Part shown: positions 18,639 to 27,929 of the stretch, piece after piece
Layout: each line of letters starts with the position of its first letter
Position numbering within the stretch: the stretch's first letter is position 1
Assembly: GCA_964624585.1 (NCBI GenBank)
Contig: CAZUXE010000005.1
Span: forward strand, 30,178 to 82,432
Direction of reading: 5' to 3'
DNA length: 52,255 nucleotides
Origin: an uncultured bacterium
GTDB lineage: Bacteria; Hydrothermota; Tepidihabitantia; B3-TA06
Notes under the pieces: model-generated
Databases searched by the model: none
Seen by the model: only the letters and a program-made list of their open reading frames with translations
Told to the model about the DNA's origin: nothing
Position numbers and translations under genes: made by a program

Positions 18639-19901
18639 TCAGGCCTCCAGATATTTGCGAGGGTCTGCAAGCTTAGCTTCAAGCGCCGATGCCGCTACCG
18701 TAGCGGGCGATGCAAGGTATAGGAAAGCCTCCGGCGAACCCATACGTCCCTGAAAATTACGGTTGGTGGAAGTTACCGCTACTTCGCCAGGAGCAAGGCA
18801 ACCCTGATGCGCTCCCAGACAAGGACCGCATCCAGCATTTACTATAACAGCACCTGCATCTATAAAGGTTTCAAGTATTCCCTGATTAAGGGCTTCGCGG
18901 TAAACCTTCCATGACGCGGGAACAACCAACAAGCGAACATCAGGATTAACCCGCCTGCCTTTGAGAACACGCGCAGCCTCGGCAAGATCTTCCAGACGAC
19001 CGTTCGTACATGAACCTATAACGGCCTGATTAATTTTCCTACCCGCAACCTCAGAAATAGGCTTGACGTTATCCACTTCATGCGGACAGGCAAGTTGAGG
19101 TTCAAGACTAGATATGTCAAAGGAATGCTCAGAAATGTAGCCCGCATCAGCATCAGGTGTCAGCATCTCATAGTCGCCCTTAGCAATGTTTTTAACAAAG
19201 GACTCCGTAACAGCATCGGGAATAACGAAGGCTGTTTTGGCTCCTGCTTCCATGGAAAGGTTAGAAAGCACCATTCTTGAAGCAATCGACATAGCAGAAA
19301 TGGCATCACCTGAGTACTCAATCGCTTTGTAATCAGCGCCGTCAGCGCCAATAGTGCCGATTACCTTGAGAACCACATCCTTAGCGTATACACCTTGGGG
19401 AAGCTTACCGGTAACGGTAATCTTTAAGGTCTCAGGAACACGCAACCACAACTCACCTGTAGCCCACACAGCCGCCATTTCGGTTGCGCCAACTCCGGTA
19501 GAAAAAGCGCCTAGGGCGCCACCTGTAGTGGTATGGGAATCGGTTCCCACCAAAAGGATACCCGGCCTTGAAAACCCCTCTTCAGCCAGCACCTGATGGC
19601 AAACACCTGTATTGATATCATAGAAATTCTCAATACCTTGCGCCTTGATGAATTCCCGCAATTCCTTCTGGCCCATTGCAGTACGTTCCGATTCGGCAGG
19701 AACTCGATGGTCAAAGATAATTACTATTTTTTTATTATCCCAGACCCGCTCCACGCCAATCTTCTCATAGGCAAGTTTAACCATACGCCCGTTTTCATGC
19801 GACATGGCAACATCAACCTTGGCCTGTACAATCTCACCAGCGCGAACTGTTTCTTTTCCCGATTTTCTGGCAAGAATCTTTTCGGCTAGGGTCATTGGCA
19901 T
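18639..19901 (-). CDS. 3-isopropylmalate dehydratase large-subunit family, aconitase-like [4Fe-4S] (LeuC/HacA/DmdA-like)
   Basis: GVCHQV, GTDSHTTT, IGSCTNGRLEDL, GCGPCLG, TSTNRNFQGRMG. Confidence 0.92.
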   Translation of the reverse strand: MPMTLAEKILARKSGKETVRAGEIVQAKVDVAMSHENGRMVKLAYEKIGVERVWDNKKIVIIFDHRVPAESERTAMGQKELREFIKAQGIENFYDINTGVCHQVLAEEGFSRPGILLVGTDSHTTTGGALGAFSTGVGATEMAAVWATGELWLRVPETLKITVTGKLPQGVYAKDVVLKVIGTIGADGADYKAIEYSGDAISAMSIASRMVLSNLSMEAGAKTAFVIPDAVTESFVKNIAKGDYEMLTPDADAGYISEHSFDISSLEPQLACPHEVDNVKPISEVAGRKINQAVIGSCTNGRLEDLAEAARVLKGRRVNPDVRLLVVPASWKVYREALNQGILETFIDAGAVIVNAGCGPCLGAHQGCLAPGEVAVTSTNRNFQGRMGSPEAFLYLASPATVAASALEAKLADPRKYLEA

Positions 19902-19910
19902 GATGACTCC

Positions 19911-20822
19911 TTATTTATCTCCGTATTTCTTTTCTACTACGGATTTAGGCAGGAAACACTTTTCCATTTCTTTATATTCAGGCAAACCGACTAGGTTCTT
20001 AAATTCATCAAAGGTACATAGGAGGTCAGTTCTATCAGGCATAATCCCGCGTTCTTTAAGAACCTTTAGGTATTCCCGAAGCCACTTGGTTACAACAAAA
20101 ATGGTTCCAACCGGCACAGAAACTCTAGCTACGCCAAGCTCTGCAAGTTCATCTATAGGAATAAGCGGAGTTTTACCGCCTACAACCGAATCAAACAGGT
20201 TGATTGAAACAGGTGCATCTATTTTTGCAATGGCATCGCGAATCATTTCCTTATCGGTTGGAGCCTCAAGGAAAATCATATCGGCGCCGGCTTTTGCATA
20301 GGCGTTAGCGCGTTTAATTGCGTCTTCATATCCATTAACAGCTATTGCATCGGTACGAGCGTTAATTACAAAATCAGGGTCCATATCCTCACGTGCCTCA
20401 ACTGCGGCTTGGATTTTTAGAACCATCTCTTCCTCACTAACCAACTGCTTACCTTCCATATGCCCACAGCGTTTGGGAAATACTTGATCCTCCAAATTAA
20501 CACCTGCAGCGCCTACCTGAATAAAATCCTGCACAGTGCGAATAACGTTTAAGGCATTGCCAAAACCGGTATCGCCATCACCCATAACTGGAATATCCAC
20601 CGCATGTGCCACACGCCAGGTCATATCCACAACTTCATTCCAGCCAAGCAGACCAACATCCGGCTTACCTAAAAGACATGCGGAAACACCGAAACCTGAA
20701 ACTTGAGTAAGCTCGAAACCGGCTTCCTGAATAAGTTTGGCCGAAAGTACGTCGTAGCACCCGGGCGCGACCACCGCCCGCCGCTCGTTTATCATTTTTT
20801 TAAGTTGAGTAGTTTTCTTCAC
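19911..20822 (-). CDS. Isocitrate lyase/PEP mutase superfamily lyase (PrpB / 2,3-dimethylmalate lyase / oxaloacetate decarboxylase-like)
   Basis: PGCYDVLSA, DGDTGFG, EDQVFPKRCGH, INARTDA, GADMIFLE; start at GTG 20822 behind SD GGAGG. Confidence 0.9.
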   Translation of the reverse strand: MKKTTQLKKMINERRAVVAPGCYDVLSAKLIQEAGFELTQVSGFGVSACLLGKPDVGLLGWNEVVDMTWRVAHAVDIPVMGDGDTGFGNALNVIRTVQDFIQVGAAGVNLEDQVFPKRCGHMEGKQLVSEEEMVLKIQAAVEAREDMDPDFVINARTDAIAVNGYEDAIKRANAYAKAGADMIFLEAPTDKEMIRDAIAKIDAPVSINLFDSVVGGKTPLIPIDELAELGVARVSVPVGTIFVVTKWLREYLKVLKERGIMPDRTDLLCTFDEFKNLVGLPEYKEMEKCFLPKSVVEKKYGDK

Positions 20823-20859
20823 GAAGATCCTCCGATTCACGTTTGTGAATTTTCCGGTG

Positions 20860-20887
20860 AGTATAGGCTGCACAGCCAAGAAGTCAA
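20860..20887 (-). promoter_or_regulatory. Promoter of the lyase-LeuCD-like operon
   Basis: TTGACT-N16-TATACT; downstream palindrome ATTCAC-N4-GTGAAT at 20835-20850. Confidence 0.65.
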
Positions 20888-21093
20888 GAATTCAACCCAG
20901 GGCTAAATGAGAACTCCAGTAAAACAATTTATCAGAAACTTATTAAAATTGGGGAATCGGATGCAAATTTAACGGCTTTTTTCGAATAGATTGGAAATTG
21001 CTTGTGTTCAATAAGCAAATGCTACGTTTCAAGAAAGAGTAAATATATCAGATTCCAAAAATTAATCCGAATCCAATGTACAATTATCCTCAG

Positions 21094-21121
21094 TTGACTA
21101 GCTAGAGTCCACATCTATAAT
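21094..21121 (+). promoter_or_regulatory. Promoter for rarA (leaderless geometry)
   Basis: TTGACT-N16-TATAAT, 5 nt to the ATG at 21127. Confidence 0.7.
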
Positions 21122-21126
21122 GACCA

Positions 21127-22485
21127 ATGGATTTATTCGCCTTAGAGGATAGAGAAAAAAGCGACGATTTAGGCAACGCTCCCCTTGCTGAACGTATGCG
21201 TCCACACAAGCTTGATGAATTCTGCGGACAAAAACATCTTCTAGGCAAGAACAGACCTCTAAGACGCTTGATAGAGTCAAACCGTCTACCTTCGATGATA
21301 TTTTGGGGGCCTCCGGGTTCAGGAAAAACAAGTCTAGCACTCCTAATTGCAAAGTTGGTCAACGCTCAATTTATTGCCAAAAGCGCTGTAACCGCCGGAA
21401 TAAAAGATGTTAAACAAATAGCCGAACGCGCAAAGATGGTTTGGAAAGCTCATCAGCGGCGAACAATTCTATTTCTTGATGAAATTCACCGCTTCAACAA
21501 AGCACAACAAGACGCTTTTCTACCCTACGTAGAACGCGGAACTATAACCCTTATTGGAGCGACAACTGAAAATCCAAGTTTTGAAGTTATAGGCCCTCTG
21601 CTCTCAAGATCAAGGGTCTTTGTATTTAATCCTTTGGAAACGGATGATTTACTAGAAATACTGCGTCAATCTATAGCTGACGACCGTGGTATAAAAAATT
21701 TACATCCAAAGGTTTCAGATAAGGTGTTGAAATTTATTATTCAAATTGCAGCAGGTGACGCCCGCCGAGCGCTCAATCTCTTAGATACCGCGGTACAAGT
21801 AACTGAACCGGATAAGGATGGTAACCGAACGGTAACAATGGAAATAGCAGAAGCGGTTCTTGAACGAAAATTTCTTTTATACGACAAGGCCGGCGAAGAG
21901 CATTACAATTTGATATCGGCATTTATTAAATCAATGAGAGGTTCTGATGCCGATGCTGCAGTGTATTGGCTAATGAGAATGATTGACGCCGGTGAAGACC
22001 CTTTATTCTTAGCAAGAAGAATGCTAATTTTGGCAGCAGAGGATATCGGACTTGCCGACCCACATGCACTTACTATTGCCAACGCGGCAAAAGACGCAGC
22101 ACACTTTCTTGGTTATCCCGAATGCACTTTCCATCTTGCAGAAACTGCCATATATCTCTCACTTGCTCCAAAATCGAACGCTGTCCTTAAAGCCATTCAG
22201 GCCGCCCGAAAAGACATAGAACAAACCCAAGCCGAACCCGTCCCCTTACATTTAAGAAACGCACCCACAAGCCTTATGAAAACCCTTGGCTACGGTAAGG
22301 AATATCAGTATCCGCATTCCTATAAAGATGCGGTAGCTGACCAAGTCTATCGCCCTAAGGGAATTACAGGAAAGGTCTACTACAAACCTTCAGACAGAGG
22401 GTTTGAGGCAAAACTCAGGGAAAGATTGAAGCTCATGAGAGAACAAAAGCGAAAGATACGGGGCGCAAAGGAAAAGTTTAAGTAA
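21127..22485 (+). CDS. rarA: Replication-associated recombination protein A (AAA+ ATPase, MgsA/RarA)
   Basis: PLAERMRP, WGPPGSGKT, LDEIHRFNKAQQDAFLP, GATTENPSF, KSMRGSD, VPLHLRNAPT. Confidence 0.96.
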   Translation: MDLFALEDREKSDDLGNAPLAERMRPHKLDEFCGQKHLLGKNRPLRRLIESNRLPSMIFWGPPGSGKTSLALLIAKLVNAQFIAKSAVTAGIKDVKQIAERAKMVWKAHQRRTILFLDEIHRFNKAQQDAFLPYVERGTITLIGATTENPSFEVIGPLLSRSRVFVFNPLETDDLLEILRQSIADDRGIKNLHPKVSDKVLKFIIQIAAGDARRALNLLDTAVQVTEPDKDGNRTVTMEIAEAVLERKFLLYDKAGEEHYNLISAFIKSMRGSDADAAVYWLMRMIDAGEDPLFLARRMLILAAEDIGLADPHALTIANAAKDAAHFLGYPECTFHLAETAIYLSLAPKSNAVLKAIQAARKDIEQTQAEPVPLHLRNAPTSLMKTLGYGKEYQYPHSYKDAVADQVYRPKGITGKVYYKPSDRGFEAKLRERLKLMREQKRKIRGAKEKFK

Positions 22486-23641
22486 AGATTCTATCAAGCT
22501 CCTTTTTCAATATTTGGAGAGCGGCAGCAAACTTTGGCTTGTTGCTAGACATATTTGGCCAGCGATTGAGACCTGAAGGGTGAGGTAGAACAATAATTTG
22601 CACTTTACGCTTCCAAATACGTTTCTGAACTAACTCTCCGACTAAATCCATACCAGCAGTCTTGCCAAGAATGGTTTTAGCTGCAACCGAACCGATAAGA
22701 ATAAGAAGTTTCGGACGTGCGTGGGAAAATTCAGCCTCAAGCCAAGACAAACAGTTACGCCTCTGTTGACCAGAAGGCGAAGCGTCATCCTTACCATTAG
22801 AAGCAAGCCCAGGATAGCACTTTGCAACCGCTGTAATGTGTGCCTTGGAACGAATAAGCTCTTCCTTGTAACCTAAATCTGCAAACCATTGCCATAAACG
22901 CTTACCCGCAGGGCCTGAAAAAGGCTTTAAGGATTTGAGTTCGTGACGTCCAGGAGCCTGTCCTATGATAAAGATAGGTCTGTTAGCCCCACCCTGAAAC
23001 ACCACTGCCGGCTCCAGAAACTCAGAACATCTACTACATGCACGCAATTTATCAGCAAATTGGCGAAATAGCCTGTCCTGCTCTGCAATTGTACGCTTAC
23101 GCGCCTTCAAAGACGCTTCGCATCCACAATAATCTTGCCGATAGAGACCAAGTTCATTAGATATCTCAAGACTGCGCTTGAAACCTTCTTGCTTTTTGAA
23201 ATCTTCTGCTAAAAACTCTACACCGTATTTCAGAGCAAGGGCATTTCCCATATCCCGGAGCCAGTTAAACGACTTATGGGGACTTACCGACAGGGTTGTT
23301 GTAAAGTAATTGAATCTTTCCGATGCGGCAAGTTTCGCCGTTGCCTGCAAACGAAACTTGTAACATAACTCACAACGACGTCCCTTTTCCGGCTCATCTT
23401 CTAATCCGTGGATAAATTTTGTCCATTCATCAACATCCCGTGGGCCTTCTATAAGCTTGAAACCCATAGCATCTGCTACCTTACGGGTCTCAACCAGTCG
23501 TTTACAATATTCCTCCTGTGGTTCAATTTGAGGGTTGTAAAAGAAACCGGTTACATTAAATTTTTCACAAAGGCGCTCAAACACCGATGTAGCATCGGGC
23601 GCACAGCAGATGTGAAGCAATATTTTAGGCTTCCGAGACAT
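22478..23641 (-). CDS. queH: Fusion: epoxyqueuosine reductase QueH (DUF208) + uracil-DNA glycosylase-like domain
   Basis: N-half LLHICCAPD, FYNPQI, RCELC, TTLSVSPHK, YRQDYCGC. C-half CSRC, IGQAPG, PFSGPAGKRL, KCYPG, LPHPSG. Single uninterrupted frame. Confidence 0.88.
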   Translation of the reverse strand: MSRKPKILLHICCAPDATSVFERLCEKFNVTGFFYNPQIEPQEEYCKRLVETRKVADAMGFKLIEGPRDVDEWTKFIHGLEDEPEKGRRCELCYKFRLQATAKLAASERFNYFTTTLSVSPHKSFNWLRDMGNALALKYGVEFLAEDFKKQEGFKRSLEISNELGLYRQDYCGCEASLKARKRTIAEQDRLFRQFADKLRACSRCSEFLEPAVVFQGGANRPIFIIGQAPGRHELKSLKPFSGPAGKRLWQWFADLGYKEELIRSKAHITAVAKCYPGLASNGKDDASPSGQQRRNCLSWLEAEFSHARPKLLILIGSVAAKTILGKTAGMDLVGELVQKRIWKRKVQIIVLPHPSGLNRWPNMSSNKPKFAAALQILKKELDRIFT

Positions 23642-23653
23642 TCTAAGGATTGG

Positions 23654-24937
23654 CTAAAAAGGAAAATCGGGAAGGGTTATGGTTGCCGAACGTTCCTGCC
23701 CGACTGAAACAAGCCAAAGTGGAAGAGCAAGCTCATCAGATATCCACTTAAGATAAGAACGAGCCTTTTCAGGCAATTCGTCAAACACTCTGGCATGGCT
23801 TGTAGCAGTCATCCAACCTTCTAATTCCTGATAAACCGGTTCACCTGGAGCTTCATTGTGAGGAGCAACTTCCGATAATATCGCTCCATCGGACTGACGA
23901 TAACCAGTGCAGACCTTTATTTTATCAAAACTATCCAAGACATCCAATTTAGCTATTGCCAAGCCATCTACAGCGTTGAGCTTAACAGCGTAACGAAGCA
24001 AAGGTAAGTCAAGCCAACCGCAACGACGACGACGACCTGTCGCAGCGCCAAACTCATTACCTATTTTCTGAAGTCTATATCCGACTTCACCTTCATCTTC
24101 TGTTGGAAAAGGCCCTGCCCCGACTCTTGTTGCATAAGCTTTAGTAAGACCTACAACTTTAGCAATGGAGCGATACGATATACCTATACCAACCGGTATT
24201 GAAAGTGTCCCGGGATTAGAGGAAGTTACATAGGGATAGGAGCCATGGTCTAAATCCAACATAACACCTTGGGCAGCCTCATAAAGAACCCTTTTACCTG
24301 TTTCAAGATAGCTGTTAACCAAAGCCGCCACGTCACCAACATAGGGCTTTATACGCTCTGCAAGCTGTTTAAGCTCTGAGATTGTTTCATCAAAACCGAT
24401 ACCTGCTCCCCCGTATAACTTTTGGATTACCGCATTATGGCGCTTAACAACTATTACCAGCTTATCTGACAATTGGGGTGAGTAAAGGTCTGCAACCCTA
24501 ATTCCTATACGGGCATATTTATCTTGATAACAAGGCCCTATCCCCCTATGAGTAGTTCCTAAACGATACTCGCCCCTTTCCTCGTCACTGAACTTATCAA
24601 GCAGGCGATGATGAGGAAGTATTATGTGCGTTCGCGGATCTATTGTTATGCGCGACTGATAGTCGACCCCTGCATCCTCAAGTTTCTTCCATTCATCAAA
24701 GAGTGTTTGAGGATGAAGTACGCAACCGGCAGCTATTGCAACATGGATTTTGGGATTGAGAATCCCTGCAGGAAGCTGGTGAAACACCCATTTGACACCA
24801 TCCACACACACAGTATGACCGGCATTCGGCCCGCCCTGATAGCGTACAGCTAAATCAAAGCGAGCCGCAATTACGTCAACCATCTTGCCCTTACCCTCAT
24901 CACCCCACTGTAATCCTAACAAGGCAAGGCTGTTCAA
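23654..24937 (-). CDS. purA: Adenylosuccinate synthetase
   Basis: QWGDEGKGK, QGGPNAGHT, GTTHRGIGP, YPYVTSS, EFGAATGRRRRCGWLD. Confidence 0.97.
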   Translation of the reverse strand: MNSLALLGLQWGDEGKGKMVDVIAARFDLAVRYQGGPNAGHTVCVDGVKWVFHQLPAGILNPKIHVAIAAGCVLHPQTLFDEWKKLEDAGVDYQSRITIDPRTHIILPHHRLLDKFSDEERGEYRLGTTHRGIGPCYQDKYARIGIRVADLYSPQLSDKLVIVVKRHNAVIQKLYGGAGIGFDETISELKQLAERIKPYVGDVAALVNSYLETGKRVLYEAAQGVMLDLDHGSYPYVTSSNPGTLSIPVGIGISYRSIAKVVGLTKAYATRVGAGPFPTEDEGEVGYRLQKIGNEFGAATGRRRRCGWLDLPLLRYAVKLNAVDGLAIAKLDVLDSFDKIKVCTGYRQSDGAILSEVAPHNEAPGEPVYQELEGWMTATSHARVFDELPEKARSYLKWISDELALPLWLVSVGQERSATITLPDFPF

Positions 24938-24966
24938 TTCTTTTTCTTTCCTAAATTTACGAACGC

Positions 24967-26124
24967 TTAGAAGGTATAGGATATTGACACTTTACGATTC
25001 TGAGTTGTAAAGTCGTAAATCTTTTCGTCTATACCAATATCAAGTTGAAAACCGCCATATTTTATTCCGGCTCCATAGGTAAGACCTATACCTTTCAAAC
25101 TTCTATCACCGGGATGAAATATTCCATTATATATATCGAGATGAGTTAGCTTAATCCCTGTTTTATCCTGTAGAATAACACCACCGCGAGCGCCGGCTTT
25201 ATCATAGAAATACCCAAGACGTAAGGAAAGTATTTCCTTAAATATGGAAACTTCAAAACCAACGCCACGAGGAGTATTCGCCACTTCATAACCGAACTCT
25301 TGAAAAAAGCTGAGAGAATCAACTTCAGGAGGATCTATGGCAAACATTCCAACTAATATCTTGGCAATGTCACCAGTTATCTTCAGACCTACAATTTCGT
25401 ATTGTTCTTTTTTGGTTGGATCTTTAGACATAATGCTCAACGGTTTATATGAAAAACCTGCCCTAAGAGTGAGTGGTAGAGGATCTGCATCTGCTTTTGA
25501 AGAAAACGACATTGGTGAGCCAATATTCTGCAATGCTAAACCTAAGCTAACATTGTCAAAGGGTTTATAGAGAACCCCTGCATCCATTGCCCACGATAGA
25601 GCGCTCCCCCTTCCTTTGAGATTCTTTTCTTTCATTATCCATTCAGGTATAAGGTATGAATATATAAGTTTAAGCCCACCACCTAAAGCCACTTTTTCAT
25701 TTAATTTCCGACCATAAGACAAACCAAGTGCAAAATCAAAGGTGTTATAGCTTCCTATAAGAGTGGCGTCTGATTTTTTTATAACGGTCTCCCCAGTAGT
25801 CAAATAAATCCCATTAAACGCAAAAGTCCCAATTCCTTTGAAAGGTGCTGCAACTGCCAAATATTCATAATACATGTCTTTTGCCAAACCCGGCAACCAA
25901 TTAACGTGCATCAACGAAAAGTTGACAGCATCCTGCTGATAACCCAATCCGCCGGGATTGTAGTAAGCAGCCGAAGCGTCGTCGGAGATAGCGGTAAAGC
26001 AACCTCCAAGAGCCGTTGGACGTGAGCCTGGCCATATGGTCAAAAATACCGCCCCAGGGCGCTTTGGTTGACCAAATACAACTACACTCAGCATTAATAC
26101 CAACAGCGTGATTCTTTTAATCAT
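24967..26124 (-). CDS. porV: PorV/PorQ-family outer-membrane beta-barrel (T9SS shuttle-like)
   Basis: Signal peptide, then GAVFLTIWPGSRPTALG...DDASAAYYNPGGLG, WLPGLAKDMYYEY, DPLPLTLRAG, C-terminal ISYTF. Confidence 0.85.
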   Translation of the reverse strand: MIKRITLLVLMLSVVVFGQPKRPGAVFLTIWPGSRPTALGGCFTAISDDASAAYYNPGGLGYQQDAVNFSLMHVNWLPGLAKDMYYEYLAVAAPFKGIGTFAFNGIYLTTGETVIKKSDATLIGSYNTFDFALGLSYGRKLNEKVALGGGLKLIYSYLIPEWIMKEKNLKGRGSALSWAMDAGVLYKPFDNVSLGLALQNIGSPMSFSSKADADPLPLTLRAGFSYKPLSIMSKDPTKKEQYEIVGLKITGDIAKILVGMFAIDPPEVDSLSFFQEFGYEVANTPRGVGFEVSIFKEILSLRLGYFYDKAGARGGVILQDKTGIKLTHLDIYNGIFHPGDRSLKGIGLTYGAGIKYGGFQLDIGIDEKIYDFTTQNRKVSISYTF

Positions 26125-26170
26125 ATATATTCAACCTCCGAAAATGATGATCTACCGATCAATTAAGTTA

Positions 26171-26199
26171 AGTATAGAAAGAGAACCGCCTCATGTCAA
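26171..26199 (-). promoter_or_regulatory. Promoter for porV-purA-queH
   Basis: TTGACA-N17-TATACT; SD GGAGGT downstream. Confidence 0.7.
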
Positions 26200-26895
26200 G
26201 CATAAAGCAAGAACTGTTCCATGTGGATTTTTAACGTCAAAGCAAACTCAATTAAGTTTTTACACATAACTGACTTATTGGATAAAAACAAACCCCATCA
26301 CTTATAAAAGATTCAACAACTAGGGTAGCATTTCAGCCATTTACTCTTCCACTTTTATACATTTGGATAATATATAATATATTTTTAGGATTCTCTACTT
26401 ACACGCTTAACGAAGCTAAGGCTATAATATTTGAAAAACTCTAAGACAGAAAACTTCCCTATCTGTAAGTTTTAGTTTATTTGCTTATTTAGCACTGTTT
26501 TTGTAGAACATCCAAAAACTTTCAGATTCCGCAAACTTGAGACAAAACTACAGAATTATTAGACTCAAAACTAAGCAGATATACCTGATTTATTTTAGAT
26601 TAGCATACAAGCAGAATTCATCGAAAACATTGCATAACATCAGCTTGTCTTGCTTGATTGATACTATGTTTGACTTATCAGAATTCATCTTAGAGATTGT
26701 ATAAAAGCGACTAGCAAGAAAGTAAATTGGACTGGGATTAAGGAGACACGATTTCCGGCTAATTTTATAACTCAAGACTTAAGGTAGTGAAAAGATTAAC
26801 GCGACAAAGCCGTGTATTTTATATTAAAATACCGCTTTCTACAAGACAACTATGCCCCCATCTGCTATCTCTTCCAAGATACCTTTTTATCCGAC

Positions 26896-26923
26896 TTGAC
26901 AGAAGAAGGAGTGGGCTTAAACT
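26896..26923 (+). promoter_or_regulatory. Promoter for the Ig-like lipoprotein operon (leaderless geometry)
   Basis: TTGACA-N16-TAAACT, 7 nt to the ATG at 26931. Confidence 0.6.
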
Positions 26924-26930
26924 TCAGCTT

Positions 26931-27929
26931 ATGCGGAGATTATGGACAATTGCAATAATACTCATTGGATTAAGCTCATGCGCAAGGCAAGGAAGTATTC
27001 CTAATCCTGATATCTTTCCACCTCATTTGATATCAATAAGCTCAAGCAGCAATACCCAAATAACCCTACATTTTGACGAAGAACTCGATTCAACCGCCTA
27101 TATTTCGTCTTTGTACACAGTAACGCCTGTTAATTCCTCAGGAGCAAGTCCACGGATTAGGTTTATTACCAGAGACCCTGATGAATCAAGAAATGTTGTT
27201 CTTATTACCTCACCCTTACAAATCCGCCGCCATTTTCTAAGGGCCACCGCCTCAGACAGGCGCGGCAATATTTCTAAAATCAAAACAAGCTTCAAGCCAT
27301 CAGCACGGAGAGATACCCTTGCTCCCTTAGTTCGAATAACACCCATAACTCCGCGAACTTCTTTCCCTTATGAAATTGAGTTCAAATTTAACGAACCTGT
27401 TGATACCTCAAAGTCTTTTATGCTTCTCACAGCCCCTCAACCCGACACAAACCACTTCATACTTTCCTGGGAAAGAAATCTTATGCACCTATCTTTGAGA
27501 ATAAGGGACACACTACTTGCAAAAAAACCTTTTTACGCTGTGCTTCTTCCAGGGGTATCGGATTTTACAGGTAATCGACGTAGTAATCTTACAGACGCAT
27601 TCGTGTATGCAGATACCAGCATCGACTTAAATCCAATATTTGGGAAACTTACAGCTGCAAATGGAGCAAAAGCATCTAACGCTTTGGTACTGTTTTATAA
27701 AAACGACAGCCTGTTTGCAGCAACCGGAGCCGATTCTGCAGGAATATTTTACACCAACTTGGCTGTTGAACCTCCGTTTCGGATTTCAGCTTACTACGAT
27801 GCCCAAAACGATGGCTCTTATGAAAACGCCGGAAACCTGACCATCGAAAGCTTTAACAAAGATACCCTTAGAATTCCGCTCTCACCAATAGCTCCCGCCT
27901 TTTCAATAGAAAACATACTCTCTCCGTGA
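26931..27929 (+). CDS. Lipoprotein with bacterial Ig-like (Big_5-type) domains
   Basis: MRRLWTIAIILIGLSS-C lipobox; ITLHFDEELD, DTLAPLV, FKFNEPVD, GVSDFTGN. True start is 26931 rather than the track's 26787. Confidence 0.75.
   Translation: MRRLWTIAIILIGLSSCARQGSIPNPDIFPPHLISISSSSNTQITLHFDEELDSTAYISSLYTVTPVNSSGASPRIRFITRDPDESRNVVLITSPLQIRRHFLRATASDRRGNISKIKTSFKPSARRDTLAPLVRITPITPRTSFPYEIEFKFNEPVDTSKSFMLLTAPQPDTNHFILSWERNLMHLSLRIRDTLLAKKPFYAVLLPGVSDFTGNRRSNLTDAFVYADTSIDLNPIFGKLTAANGAKASNALVLFYKNDSLFAATGADSAGIFYTNLAVEPPFRISAYYDAQNDGSYENAGNLTIESFNKDTLRIPLSPIAPAFSIENILSP

Noticed and set aside
26787-26930. N-terminal extension of the Ig-like lipoprotein
   Set aside because: It contains the predicted promoter; the lipoprotein signal starts at 26931.
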